The translations under genes and the position numbers were made by a program. Shown here in pieces: positions 9,403 to 20,278 of a stretch of DNA of 64,000 nucleotides (the stretch's first letter is position 1; the number at the start of each line of letters is the position of its first letter). The stretch comes from a virus. Taxonomy: Duplodnaviria > Caudoviricetes. A model generated the notes under the pieces. The model was not told where the DNA came from. It saw nothing but the letters and a program-made list of their open reading frames with translations, and searched no databases. The DNA is taken from positions 1 through 64,000 of the IMG/VR virus record IMGVR_UViG_3300026549_000895; one strand, written 5' to 3'.

Positions 9403-11328
9403 ATGGAAGGTAATATTGAACGAGCAAAACAAACATTGCTCTCAGTGTCAATTGAAGAATTGACAAAGGACTTACTTGAAGGGATGTTTGCCGCATATTA
9501 TGACAAAGCATCCAAAGAATATAAGGAAAGCAATTATGAAACAACAGATGAAATCATTCTGACAAACAAGGAGTATCCTCATATAAGAGAACCAAAGATT
9601 GAAACAACTCTTGGAACTCTTGCTTTCAATAGACATGTTCTCGAAGGCAGTCATTGTATTCAACATATAGGTTTCCAAAATTATCCTATCGATAAGAAGG
9701 GTCTTAATAAGCTGGATAGAATGATAAACGTTCTTCTCATACAGGATAAGATAACTCCTCAAGAATTAGCTTTGTATATTGATAGACGTGACCAATTTGG
9801 ATTCTGGTTCAATGCATTCAATTCAGCAGCATTGTCTGCATCATTGGTAAGACCGATGGTTGATGTAAACAAAAAGAAAGATATGCTGTTTGAACAGTAC
9901 AAAGAACAACTGAACTCAAACGATTCAGCAGAACAGATTCTTGCTATCAATAAGATAGAAAAAGAATTGATGACCGATGTTCGTAAGAATCTCGAATCCG
10001 ATTATGGATACGACTTATATCGCTCAGGTGATGGTAATCTGGATAACAACTATAAAACCATCAACGTTATGCGTGGTGCAGTTATGAATGAAATCACAGG
10101 TAAATATGATACTGTAAAAGCATCACTCATGGACGGTATCACCAAAGATGATATCCCCGCATTTTCAAATTCAGTTGTTGCAGGTGCATATCCTTCAGCC
10201 GTTGGTACTGCTGAAGCAGGTTATATGTCAAAGATTATTCTTGCAATTCTTCAGTCTATTCATTTGGATACTGATAAGAATTCCGATTGTGGAACTAAAG
10301 CCACGATTCCTTTCACTATTACCAACAAGAATTCTTCTTATGTTCTATTCAGAAATATAGCAGAAGGCGGTAAAGTTGTCATGTTGAATCATGATAACAT
10401 TAGCAAATACATTGGTAAGACTGTAAGAATGTATTCTCCTCAGTGTTGTACTCATAAAGACATATGCGCTAAATGTGCTGGTCACACATTCTTGAATCTT
10501 GGTGTTGACAATGCGGGATTGCTTGTTACCGAGATGACAGATAAACTTCTGAACTTGAAACTTAAATCAAAACACGACTTGTCTCAGAGTGCAAAGATTC
10601 TTTCACCGGAAGAATGTGTTATCAAACCTACTCAGAATCTATATTGTGATGAACATGATAACCACTTCATGAAAAATAAAACAACAATGAGAATGTTCAT
10701 TCCTCGTGTTCTTGAAGAGATATCCGGATTTGTCAATGAAGATTCACTGATAATCACAATGGGATTGTTCCCCATAAAGTTCTATGATAAGAATGATAAT
10801 GTAATAGAAGAAAACTTCCTGACAATTCCTGCGATGGTTACATTCAACAAGTATTCAGTTACACAAGAAGACGAAAACTATTACATTGTATCATATGATC
10901 CCGAGTCTGCTATATGTAAGATGACAATCAACCAGACTTTTGTCAACTGCGAATTCTTCATTAACCAAGTTTACTTATATTCGAAATCTCCTCAGATTCC
11001 GTATAATATGTTAACTGAGTTGATGTTTAAGTGCTTCGATATCAATAAGACAGACTTAAGAACTCCCGCATTGGGTTATGAGTTCTTGGCAAGAAGATTA
11101 TGTCAAACTCCAAATGGTGAACCATTTGCATTTGCATATGGTAAAGATCCCAACATCGATCAGATGTCATACAAAAAATTTGCTTATCGAGAAGCAGTTC
11201 AAAAGTCAGGTGCTCTTCAGGGAATATTATTCCAAGACTTGTCAGCTTCAGCAAACTATGGTCTTGCAGAAACATTACGTGGAAACAAACCAGAACCTAC
11301 ACCTCTTGAATATGTTATCAAAGCATAA
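9403..11328 (+). CDS. RNA polymerase beta' C-terminal subunit (probably virion RNAP)
   Basis: Bridge helix TAEAGYMSK...DCGT, Zn site SPQCC...ICAKCAG, trigger loop LLNLKLKSKH; co-oriented with a structural gene. Confidence 0.9.
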   Translation: MEGNIERAKQTLLSVSIEELTKDLLEGMFAAYYDKASKEYKESNYETTDEIILTNKEYPHIREPKIETTLGTLAFNRHVLEGSHCIQHIGFQNYPIDKKGLNKLDRMINVLLIQDKITPQELALYIDRRDQFGFWFNAFNSAALSASLVRPMVDVNKKKDMLFEQYKEQLNSNDSAEQILAINKIEKELMTDVRKNLESDYGYDLYRSGDGNLDNNYKTINVMRGAVMNEITGKYDTVKASLMDGITKDDIPAFSNSVVAGAYPSAVGTAEAGYMSKIILAILQSIHLDTDKNSDCGTKATIPFTITNKNSSYVLFRNIAEGGKVVMLNHDNISKYIGKTVRMYSPQCCTHKDICAKCAGHTFLNLGVDNAGLLVTEMTDKLLNLKLKSKHDLSQSAKILSPEECVIKPTQNLYCDEHDNHFMKNKTTMRMFIPRVLEEISGFVNEDSLIITMGLFPIKFYDKNDNVIEENFLTIPAMVTFNKYSVTQEDENYYIVSYDPESAICKMTINQTFVNCEFFINQVYLYSKSPQIPYNMLTELMFKCFDINKTDLRTPALGYEFLARRLCQTPNGEPFAFAYGKDPNIDQMSYKKFAYREAVQKSGALQGILFQDLSASANYGLAETLRGNKPEPTPLEYVIKA

Positions 11329-11335
11329 TTATATT

Positions 11336-11358
11336 TCCTCCCCCATTACGGGGGAGGA
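11336..11358. terminator. Bidirectional terminator between convergent RNAP genes
   Basis: tcctccccc-attac-gggggagga. Confidence 0.75.
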
Positions 11359-11365
11359 TAATATT

Positions 11366-13681
11366 TTAATAACGTTTAATTTGTTGCAGTACAGGAATCA
11401 GATGAACAAACAATTCAAACTTTTCACGAATTTGCATTTCATCATATCCTTCGAAGACATTCTTCTCTTCCTTCATCTTCTCAAAGAATTCATCCAAACG
11501 AACAACTGAATTCGTGTATTCACAATAATTCGTATAGAATGAATATATGATGAGAACAATTCTCAAATCAGGAATTGAGATTTCAACTGGAACATTGTTA
11601 ATGTTGACAGTCTCTATGACATCTCGTTCACCTATAGTGTTATATCCATAGATGTCCGGTTCAAGTTTAACACCAATGAACTTCAGAACATTCTTCAGAT
11701 TATCAATCTGAGGGAACTTATTGTATCTCGAAGTATCAACGGATTTACCATTGATATGAGACATAAGTATTGAGTTCTCTTCATACTGACTTCCTCTATA
11801 CCATGTTGAAAGCTTTACATAATCCTTGACTCCAATTGCAGCAAGCATATTATAAGAATCATACTCACCAAATCTAACAGGATTGTCTGAATTTGCTCTG
11901 AGATGTTTTGAGAACTGTTTGGTCTTTACAGGCTGATCATATTTGGTTGTTCTACCTGTAGCATTTGTAGAAAGCTTCTTACCAGCTTCTTGTTTCAATA
12001 CCCAGAAATATTGATAACCAATGACATGCCTATCTTCACTCTTCACCCATCTATGAAGCAGCTTTGTCATAATATGTTCTCTTATGAGAATATCAGGATA
12101 CTTATCTTCAACTGCTATCAGAGCATCTCTGATATTAGTCTTACTGAGAGGATATACAAAGAAATGGAAACCATTCTTGATGATATCCTGGAATGTCAAT
12201 TCAGGATTGTCGATGTATAAATCCCTGACTTTTCTGGCATCATCAGGACTGAAGAATCTAATGAAATCACATGCCTTTCCAATGACTTCATCCTTTGATA
12301 GTTTCTTTTCATTGTAAAGTTTGTATAAGTATTCATGGAATCTTTCCATTTTATTTGTCATAGAAACTTCGTACAATACGAATGGAATGATTCTGTTAAC
12401 AACAGCAAGTCCGTTTGAAATAACATCAATCGGTTTCTCAGTTCCAGGAATGGGGTTTCCATTTTCATCGAACTCACAGGTCTTTGGCATGAGTTCTCTC
12501 TTACGGATATCTGCAATAACTGATTTGTTTCCAACACGTCCAGTTACTTTCTGACCCTTTTGAGGAATCTGTTTATGAACGGTTGTGAAAGTTATCTGAA
12601 TATTTACTCTTCCTTCTTTAGTAACCCATACAGAATCATGCAGATATTTCTGAGCAGCCGAATACATATCAAGAAGGTCAGCATCATCCTGCTCAGGATG
12701 ACCATCTACGATACTTGATACACATGCAAATATGTCAGAATACCATTGCTGAATTTCAGTGAGATATCTGTTACATTGTTCATTTTCTGTCTGTACATTT
12801 GCTTTGATATCTATATCAACAACCATTCCTTTGGTATGAAGATTTTTATCATTCATATGAGGAATAGCTGCTTCTTTCAATAATGAAACGAATGAGTTTT
12901 CTCTCATAGAACATATGATTCCATCCTTGACATATTCTCCCACATCAGGAAAAGCCTTATATTCATTTTCATCTCCATAACGATTCAGAAGGAATGATTC
13001 AGGATCAACTTCAACTTCGACGGTATCTACCATGTTATACGCCATTTTCTCAGCAGCATAATCTGATATTACTAAAGCATCTTCTGTTATATCCGGAATA
13101 ACAGTATACACAGTTCTGAGATTGACACCTGCGCAATAGTTTCCATCAACATATGAAGTTGTACCCATTATAGGTGTATTCTCGGGAAGTATATCACCAA
13201 CGTGTTTATTGGCTATGAAGTTCTGCATACGGAAACCATTTTTCTCTTTAAGATTAATAGCTTCCTGATAGACTGCACAAGTGTATTTGCCAGTCTTTAA
13301 ATCTTTGAAGATATAACATACTGGTGATATCGGTGCATTCTTAAACTTACGAAATGAATTGATTATCTCGTAATCATGTTCTGCTTCCATGTACCACGAA
13401 GATTCTTTTCCGAAAGCAGTTTCAGGACCTGTCTGAATTCTTGCAAGTTCTGGTTTATCCAATACTACTCTTTGTGATGCTTGACGTGTATTCATATTTA
13501 CACGAACCGGTGATGTCTTATCAGGGAATCCCAGAGCAGACACACCAAAGAGCGAAGGATCATTTGCTTCTTCAGCATACATATCAATCGCTGATTTGGA
13601 ATTGATTGGTTTGTAATACTTTCTACGTGGAGTCATACCACTACTGTATGTTTTCTTTTTGCTTTTGATTTTACCAGCCAT
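11366..13681 (-). CDS. RNA polymerase beta C-terminal subunit (probably non-virion RNAP)
   Basis: RVNMNTRQASQ (cf. RALMGANMQRQ), GQKVTGRVGNKSVI (cf. GDKMAGRHGNKGV), PVRFGEYD (cf. GQRFGEME). Confidence 0.92.
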   Translation of the reverse strand: MAGKIKSKKKTYSSGMTPRRKYYKPINSKSAIDMYAEEANDPSLFGVSALGFPDKTSPVRVNMNTRQASQRVVLDKPELARIQTGPETAFGKESSWYMEAEHDYEIINSFRKFKNAPISPVCYIFKDLKTGKYTCAVYQEAINLKEKNGFRMQNFIANKHVGDILPENTPIMGTTSYVDGNYCAGVNLRTVYTVIPDITEDALVISDYAAEKMAYNMVDTVEVEVDPESFLLNRYGDENEYKAFPDVGEYVKDGIICSMRENSFVSLLKEAAIPHMNDKNLHTKGMVVDIDIKANVQTENEQCNRYLTEIQQWYSDIFACVSSIVDGHPEQDDADLLDMYSAAQKYLHDSVWVTKEGRVNIQITFTTVHKQIPQKGQKVTGRVGNKSVIADIRKRELMPKTCEFDENGNPIPGTEKPIDVISNGLAVVNRIIPFVLYEVSMTNKMERFHEYLYKLYNEKKLSKDEVIGKACDFIRFFSPDDARKVRDLYIDNPELTFQDIIKNGFHFFVYPLSKTNIRDALIAVEDKYPDILIREHIMTKLLHRWVKSEDRHVIGYQYFWVLKQEAGKKLSTNATGRTTKYDQPVKTKQFSKHLRANSDNPVRFGEYDSYNMLAAIGVKDYVKLSTWYRGSQYEENSILMSHINGKSVDTSRYNKFPQIDNLKNVLKFIGVKLEPDIYGYNTIGERDVIETVNINNVPVEISIPDLRIVLIIYSFYTNYCEYTNSVVRLDEFFEKMKEEKNVFEGYDEMQIREKFELFVHLIPVLQQIKRY

Positions 13682-13745
13682 CTTCTATCACACTGCCTTT
13701 CGATTATAATAAAATATATCTATGTTGAATACTATATATCTTTTA

Positions 13746-13889
13746 TTAGATATACTCTTCATTTGGACATATATTACACATATCGAAATCATCAATCTCA
13801 TCATCTTGCGAGAAAAGATATAATAAAAAAGATGTGGAAATAGTCATGAACGTAAAAAGAAACATTAGTTTTATTATATTTTTTGCCAT
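13746..13889 (-). CDS. Small membrane protein (47 aa, not in ORF track)
   Basis: GGAG RBS; MAKNIIKLMFLFTFMTISTSFLLYLFSQDDEIDDFDMCNICPNEEYI: one hydrophobic segment and an acidic tail. Confidence 0.5.
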   Translation of the reverse strand: MAKNIIKLMFLFTFMTISTSFLLYLFSQDDEIDDFDMCNICPNEEYI

Positions 13890-13919
13890 AACAATCTTCT
13901 CCAAAATAAGATTTCATAT

Positions 13920-13948
13920 TATCCATCCGGGTCTACCCCGGATGGATA
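13920..13948. terminator. Hairpin terminator after the tubulin operon
   Basis: tatccatccggg-tctac-cccggatggata. Confidence 0.65.
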
Positions 13949-14019
13949 AATGATTCTTCTCTTAATTGTTACGAGGCTAAGAGTAACCCCGAATATTAAA
14001 GGTGTGATTTGAAGATTTC

Positions 14020-14532
14020 TTATCTTAAAGATGTGATGGAGTTTCCTGTAGTATCAACAAACTCAGAACCGATATCTCCAAGAGACTCAACGGAATTTGT
14101 TCCCGATGTCATGAACTGACCAAGAGAAAGTGCGAGTGCTGATATGTCAGGAAGCACATGCTTCACGCTGATAAGAGTTTTGATCGGATCGAGTCTAAGA
14201 CCCTGTAAAATACCGAACATAATGATCTGGTTGACAACCTTCTCGAAATCATCAACTATTTTCTCAGCATCCTTGCCGAAATCTGTAGAGATTTCCTTAC
14301 CACAAGCCTGGCAAACAAGCTTTCCTTCGTTTGTCTTTTTAACTGCGAGCATAGCCTTGCCGGAAGTGTTATCTGTGATAAGATGAACACAGTCTCTCTT
14401 GATCATCTTGGTGGACTCATTTTCATAGTTACCACCAATCTGCGGCTTCACATGTTTATTAGTTTCATATATCTTTGTCATACCATCAACGATGGGTCTG
14501 ATATATTCGTGAACTTCTCTATTTATTTTCAT
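14020..14532 (-). CDS. Hypothetical protein with CxH/CxxC putative zinc site
   Basis: GGAGG RBS; DCVH...CQAC. Confidence 0.6.
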   Translation of the reverse strand: MKINREVHEYIRPIVDGMTKIYETNKHVKPQIGGNYENESTKMIKRDCVHLITDNTSGKAMLAVKKTNEGKLVCQACGKEISTDFGKDAEKIVDDFEKVVNQIIMFGILQGLRLDPIKTLISVKHVLPDISALALSLGQFMTSGTNSVESLGDIGSEFVDTTGNSITSLR

Positions 14533-14547
14533 GATTTATTCCTCCTA

Positions 14548-15486
14548 TTACTTTATGCCATCGAGCAGAATCTTGCTCGCTGTAAGCAGATTTGTATATT
14601 TTGTGCCACAGTCTCTTACGTTGATAAAGAGAACGTCTGCAGTCTTGTCATCCTTCTTGAACTTGGTCTTCTGATAAGTTCCAGCAAGGAAGTCATAACA
14701 CTGATGAGGTGACAGAATGTTGAGCTTATTATAAACCCAACGCTTGAGAGAATCCAGGAACTCCTTCTGATTCTTTGAAGTATACTTTGAATACTTATCC
14801 TTTGACATAAGAAGAGCTGCTCTTACAAGACGAGAAGGATCTCTTACGATATTCGGTGTGAATACATCCGCAGTTACAGGAATATCGGAATCGAGAATAT
14901 TCTCATAAGTCTGCTCGCAATCCATTGCAACAGCTGCAGCAACTGCGAGTATCTGATGTTCATCGAGATTTGTTGTTACATTAGAAATCTCTTCAACGAC
15001 AGGTCCGAGAAGATTCTTTATACAAGCATTGATATGTACAACGCTTTCCTCGATCTGCTCGTTAGCCTTCTTTGTAGCTTCCTTAGTCTCTTTATCAGCC
15101 TTTGTATCAATAGGCTTTCTCTTAGAAAGCTTCTCAGAAAGATATGAAGTAAAGAGTGCTCCAACACAAGCTCTTTGCTCAATTGATTCACCAGAACTTC
15201 TGAAGTACTGTTCTACAACTGATGTGAATGCAGGATCATCTACGTGATTGGACAGAGCATAGTTAAGAGCCTTTGCCGCTGAAGAGTCATCATCTGCATC
15301 GAGAATGAATCTGCACACTCTGCTCAGTCTTCTTACGATTTCGGAATAAAGAGCTTCCTTGCCTCTGGTTTCCTGGAAAATTCTTTCCTTTGGATCTGCA
15401 GATAATCTTATTCCCTGTGTACGAAGAAACGACTCTACGTTTTCAAGAACAACCTTATCCGCATTGGTAATAACGGTTGATGTCAT
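14548..15486 (-). CDS. Hypothetical helical protein downstream of tubulin
   Basis: 312 aa, AAGGAGG RBS. Confidence 0.65.
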   Translation of the reverse strand: MTSTVITNADKVVLENVESFLRTQGIRLSADPKERIFQETRGKEALYSEIVRRLSRVCRFILDADDDSSAAKALNYALSNHVDDPAFTSVVEQYFRSSGESIEQRACVGALFTSYLSEKLSKRKPIDTKADKETKEATKKANEQIEESVVHINACIKNLLGPVVEEISNVTTNLDEHQILAVAAAVAMDCEQTYENILDSDIPVTADVFTPNIVRDPSRLVRAALLMSKDKYSKYTSKNQKEFLDSLKRWVYNKLNILSPHQCYDFLAGTYQKTKFKKDDKTADVLFINVRDCGTKYTNLLTASKILLDGIK

Positions 15487-15569
15487 TTTCTAAATCCTCC
15501 TTATGAATTATTATTTAATATTAAACGGTATGATGTTTCCGTTCTTTTTAAATATATGCATGTGAAAGT

Positions 15570-16664
15570 TTACTTTTTCCAAGTAAACTTCTTGATTGCA
15601 TTACCAGAAGAATCGGTTGCATCAGACACAACGGCTTTCTTCTTATTGATGAACTTAGGACGAATACTCTTCTTAAGATTGTTATCCATCTTTGAAGCTT
15701 CATTGTATTCAGTGTCTATCTCCTTTACTTTGTTTCTGGGAAGACCTGCAACAATGATTGTTGCTTCCATGATTCCGTCATTATCATCCTTGGAAATATT
15801 TCTGTACTGATCGAATACACTGTCCGAAGGAATACGAGTATTGATATCAGAGAACACCGTTCTGAAATCAGTATCAGCAAACGGAGATGACAGAGAGTAT
15901 GCAGTCATCAGAGTATTGTTCTTGATATCAGCAGAATTCCAAGCAGGCTGGAAACCTGAAAGAACCTTTCTTGTGATAGTCTTCTTGAGAGTATCAACAT
16001 CTGATGCTTCTGCTGATACTGCAATGAATCTACCAGGAGTTCCGAGAATAACATCCAGATCGGAATCATCGATAGAATCCAAATCAGTCGGATGATACTT
16101 CTTTCCGAGGATTATTTTGATAGCATCAATGACATCATTATTTACGACGGTATAGTCTGCATCACCCTTACGATTTTCAAATACATCATATGATGCAATG
16201 TCAGCTTCAGCAAGTTCGATGAAGAGATCGTTTGTATTCAGATGATATGCTGTCGGGTCATCTTTATTCGGACAAATGATGAACGGAATAACCTGAAGAT
16301 CGAACTCTGCCATCTTCTTGCAGAAAGGTACAATAGAACCAGAACCTGTACCACCTGCGGCTGATGTAATAGCGATGATAGGCATCTTTGAATTCTTGCA
16401 TGCCTCATAGAGTTCATTCATATGACCCTGTGACTCATGGAAAGAATACATTTCAGCGCCTCTGGTTCTATCACGTCCAGAACCAGATTTCTCATCAGAG
16501 ATTATCGGGATATATGTGATGTCTGAAACATCATCAAGTTTTATAGAATTGAGGATTGAATCAATTGCATAGTATGAAACATTCTCATTGAGTCCCATGT
16601 CCGCGTTTAATGCGCGGACAACATTGGAACCTGCCTGACCAAAACCTATTACGATATTCTTCAT
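15570..16664 (-). CDS. phuZ: Tubulin/FtsZ-family GTPase (PhuZ/TubZ-like)
   Basis: GFGQAGSN, GSGRDR, signature AAGGTGSG, T7-like loop IDDSDL. Confidence 0.9.
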   Translation of the reverse strand: MKNIVIGFGQAGSNVVRALNADMGLNENVSYYAIDSILNSIKLDDVSDITYIPIISDEKSGSGRDRTRGAEMYSFHESQGHMNELYEACKNSKMPIIAITSAAGGTGSGSIVPFCKKMAEFDLQVIPFIICPNKDDPTAYHLNTNDLFIELAEADIASYDVFENRKGDADYTVVNNDVIDAIKIILGKKYHPTDLDSIDDSDLDVILGTPGRFIAVSAEASDVDTLKKTITRKVLSGFQPAWNSADIKNNTLMTAYSLSSPFADTDFRTVFSDINTRIPSDSVFDQYRNISKDDNDGIMEATIIVAGLPRNKVKEIDTEYNEASKMDNNLKKSIRPKFINKKKAVVSDATDSSGNAIKKFTWKK

Positions 16665-16683
16665 GTTAAATCACTTTCCTTTC

Positions 16684-17382
16684 TTAGAACGGTGCGCTTG
16701 TATCACTTTTAACGGTATCAGACTTCAGAGACTGCTTAATCTCAGCAAGAGGTTTGAGAAGTATTGTCTCATCGGGTGCGATACGAATTTCAAATATGTT
16801 ATACATATTTACCGGCTTCTTAGTCTCTCTTGCCACAGTAATACCAGCTGTATATACTGCAGACATGATAGGACACACTGCTGCTGATGTGAATACATCA
16901 ATTCCGAACTCTTCATTCAGATGTGCAAATACGTCAGACTCAACCTTGGATACTGTTTCTGTGAGATTCTCAGTTCTCCAAGTATTATATCTTTCGAGCT
17001 GTTCATCAGCTACCTTGAAACCAGGCTGATGAATGTGATTCTGTTTTACGAAGATAGGAGTTCTCTTATGGAACATCTGAGGAACGATGTTTCTTGACTT
17101 ATCAGACTCTGAATACTCTGTGACATATTCAATAGATACACCACAAGTCTCAAGAGCAAATTCATCATCAGGCTGCTCCTTCAGATACTTCAGGTGATAC
17201 TTCCAACCTATTATGAATACTATCGGGATATCTGCTACATTCTGGAAAAGGATTCCAAACTGATCATTCAACAGATTCTTCGCTATGTTCGGAATCGTGT
17301 CCGTAAGTATTGGTGATCCATTCGCATGTTGCTCGAGATAACGATTACGCATCTCCATCATTTTTGTGAGTTCATTCGCCAT
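16684..17382 (-). CDS. Hypothetical protein, first gene of tubulin operon
   Basis: 232 aa, AAAGGAGG RBS, early-promoter motif at ~17441-17466. Confidence 0.65.
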   Translation of the reverse strand: MANELTKMMEMRNRYLEQHANGSPILTDTIPNIAKNLLNDQFGILFQNVADIPIVFIIGWKYHLKYLKEQPDDEFALETCGVSIEYVTEYSESDKSRNIVPQMFHKRTPIFVKQNHIHQPGFKVADEQLERYNTWRTENLTETVSKVESDVFAHLNEEFGIDVFTSAAVCPIMSAVYTAGITVARETKKPVNMYNIFEIRIAPDETILLKPLAEIKQSLKSDTVKSDTSAPF

Positions 17383-17539
17383 CGATATGGCCTCCTTTAA
17401 TATTATATTTGATATGAGTTTTTCTATAATTCATTCCCATACCATTCAAATGATATAAATACATAAAAATATTTTTATCCATTTATATCATTATTGTGCA
17501 ATGCTAAACAAAGTATTATTAAAATAAATATGAAGGAAA

Positions 17540-20122
17540 GTGATAAACTTGAAAATTGTATATATTAAATTAGAGAACTTCATTGGTGTTTATGCAGCTA
17601 TGAAGAAACGATGTATTGAATTGTCTTTTGAAAATATAGACAAACCAATCATACAAATTTATGGTCCGAACAGAAGTGGAAAGAGTGTGCTTGAACAACA
17701 GCTTCATCCTTTCTCAAATATCAATTTAAATGGAGATGAACGAAATGATCTCCCTCTGATAATAAAAGGCGAAGTCGGAATAAAGAATATAGTATATGAA
17801 GTAAACGGAAAAGTTTACAACATTCTCCATACTTATAGACCAACCGGAAAATCTCATACTGTATCATCATCTGTTGTTTTAGATGGTGAAGAGTTGAATC
17901 CTTCAGGTGGTGTTGGAACAGCCAATGACATTATCGAGAAATCACTGGGTATAAATAGGTATTCGTTCCAGTTCACAATAAACGGAACACAACTCACATC
18001 ATTTGCTCAAATGAATTCCACTCAAAGAAAGAATATAATGAACAAGGCAATGGGTATTGATATTTATGATAAGATTCATAAATTGGCCACAGATGATTAT
18101 CGTTATGCAAATAAATTGATAACATCATTATCCAATACAAAGGAATTCATTCTTTCTCAATATGGTTCATATGAAAATATGATAACGAGATTGAATCAAA
18201 CAAAGGAAGAACATACCAATCTGAACAAGTCTATTCTTACAACTAAATCAATGATTGATAAGTTGTCAGGTAAGCTGTCAATGATTCAACAACAAAACCC
18301 TCGTGAAGAGTTGGATGAAATCAATAGAACATTGTCAGCATACGAAAGTGCTATAGCTGTTAATACATCAATACTTAATGGAGAAGACATTTCATCATTA
18401 TATGATAAACTCGTATCTGAGCAAATGTCTTTGAATAACAAGCTGAATGAATTACGTGGTGAACGATTACTCGTTCGCAAGGATTTGGATATTCTATATG
18501 AAAAGAAAAATAACATCGAATCTTCAATGAGAGCTCAACAGAACTTCCTGAATGATATGGAACGTCTTAAACAAACAAAAGAAAACTTACAGAACAAGAT
18601 AGATTCTATTAAAGTTCAATATGCAATATCTGTTTCATCAGATACTATGAGAAGTATATATTCATTATCTCAAATGATAAATTCAACTTGTAAAGAGATT
18701 GTGATGTGCTTAACAAAAGAACAGCTTGAACTGTTTGCAACAATGATTGAAAACAATGTCGATATCAATGCTTTCATAGCAGAAGAATCTTCTTTATTGT
18801 CAAGAGGAGAAAATGAAAAGAAGATAGTTTCTGATTTGCATTCGTTAGTTAATAATGTTCAAGGTGATTATCCAAACGAGAACAAATGTTATATGGAGAA
18901 TGATTGTATTTACAGACACACTGTCGAAGTCATGAAAGGATTCTTTAAATCCTATCAACAAGCAAATGATGGTGAAAATAAATTCACAACATATGACATC
19001 GAAAATATCTCCTTAGCATACAAAAATCTCCAGTCTATATACAGAATGCTCGAATCAGTTTCAATTCCACCAGAGGTTCAATATCTGTTTGATATCAATT
19101 TGATATTTACAAACTTACGCAATGGCAAGTTTGGTGTTGACTCATATACTATAAAAGATTATATGGAAGAAGCCGCTGTACTTGAAATGCGAGAAAGATA
19201 TATCAAAGAACTTCAAGATGTTGAAAAGACAATTGAAACCATGGAGAATGGTAATGTAAATTCATCATTCGGAAATATGGATATTCAAAGCATTGAAAAT
19301 CAAATATCAGATCTGAGTTCAAGAGATAATAGTTTGACAGAAACTATATCAGCTGTCGAAGAAAATATCAGAAACAACGATAGGAACAGAATGTCTCTTT
19401 CTCAGATAAAGAATGTGAATATCAAAGAATTGTCAAAGCGTAAACAAAAGCTTGTTAAGATGGTTGAATCTTATAATGAGATGAGTTCTCAATACAATGA
19501 ACTTAGTAAAGACATGAATGACATGGTTAATAGATTCAACATTCTTTCCAAAGACCTCGAAACATTAGAACATGCTAATGCTCAATACATATCAACGGAC
19601 GAGGAAATCAAAAAGAATAAAGAATCTGATTATAAGTATAAGATAATAGCAGAAGCAACTTCTTCTACAAAAGGAATGCCAGTTCTTGCAATTCGTGATA
19701 TGATGGATAAATCTAAACGATTGACAAATCGATTGTTGGATGTTATGTATACTGGTGAGATACAGATACTTGATCCGATAATAAATGAATCTGAATTTAC
19801 TATTCCTTTCAGATGTGGAGGAAATGTTTCAAATGATATTCGATATGGCTCTCAATCTGAATCTACATTGATATCTTTAACACTGTCGCTATCATTAGCT
19901 TCATCATTAACAAAATACAACATTCGATTACTTGATGAGATTGATGGTTTTATGGATCAACAATCTGCAGAAGTATTCGTACTTATGTTGAATGAGATGA
20001 TTGGTACTTTGGGAATTGACCAGATGTTTATCATATCTCACAAGATGGCTCCCCATGCTCATGATGAAATTGTTCATGTTCTCGACATCGGAAAGATGTT
20101 TGGATTGAATCTCGATGATTAA
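17540..20122 (+). CDS. sbcC: SbcC/Rad50-like SMC ATPase
   Basis: Walker A GPNRSGKS, long coiled coils, central Cys pair, signature GSQSE, Walker B LLDEID, H-loop IISH. Confidence 0.9.
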   Translation: MINLKIVYIKLENFIGVYAAMKKRCIELSFENIDKPIIQIYGPNRSGKSVLEQQLHPFSNINLNGDERNDLPLIIKGEVGIKNIVYEVNGKVYNILHTYRPTGKSHTVSSSVVLDGEELNPSGGVGTANDIIEKSLGINRYSFQFTINGTQLTSFAQMNSTQRKNIMNKAMGIDIYDKIHKLATDDYRYANKLITSLSNTKEFILSQYGSYENMITRLNQTKEEHTNLNKSILTTKSMIDKLSGKLSMIQQQNPREELDEINRTLSAYESAIAVNTSILNGEDISSLYDKLVSEQMSLNNKLNELRGERLLVRKDLDILYEKKNNIESSMRAQQNFLNDMERLKQTKENLQNKIDSIKVQYAISVSSDTMRSIYSLSQMINSTCKEIVMCLTKEQLELFATMIENNVDINAFIAEESSLLSRGENEKKIVSDLHSLVNNVQGDYPNENKCYMENDCIYRHTVEVMKGFFKSYQQANDGENKFTTYDIENISLAYKNLQSIYRMLESVSIPPEVQYLFDINLIFTNLRNGKFGVDSYTIKDYMEEAAVLEMRERYIKELQDVEKTIETMENGNVNSSFGNMDIQSIENQISDLSSRDNSLTETISAVEENIRNNDRNRMSLSQIKNVNIKELSKRKQKLVKMVESYNEMSSQYNELSKDMNDMVNRFNILSKDLETLEHANAQYISTDEEIKKNKESDYKYKIIAEATSSTKGMPVLAIRDMMDKSKRLTNRLLDVMYTGEIQILDPIINESEFTIPFRCGGNVSNDIRYGSQSESTLISLTLSLSLASSLTKYNIRLLDEIDGFMDQQSAEVFVLMLNEMIGTLGIDQMFIISHKMAPHAHDEIVHVLDIGKMFGLNLDD

Positions 20123-20127
20123 TTATT

Positions 20128-20149
20128 ATCCCCTCCGATTGGAGGGGAT
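20128..20149 (+). terminator. Intrinsic terminator
   Basis: atcccctcc-gatt-ggaggggat followed by T-tract. Confidence 0.8.
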
Positions 20150-20278
20150 TTTTCTTTTTGTTGTTAAGACCTAAAAGTGGAGGAAATTTGTGTATTTTAA
20201 ATATATATTATTAATACGGATGATTCAAAAGATACATAATTTCATCCAAAATATAAAAGAAAAAAGGAGATTCATTTT

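Noticed and set aside
11366-17382. Chimallin (nuclear shell) gene near tubulin and RNAP
   Set aside because: No ORF of suitable size or recognisable sequence here; it may lie outside the window
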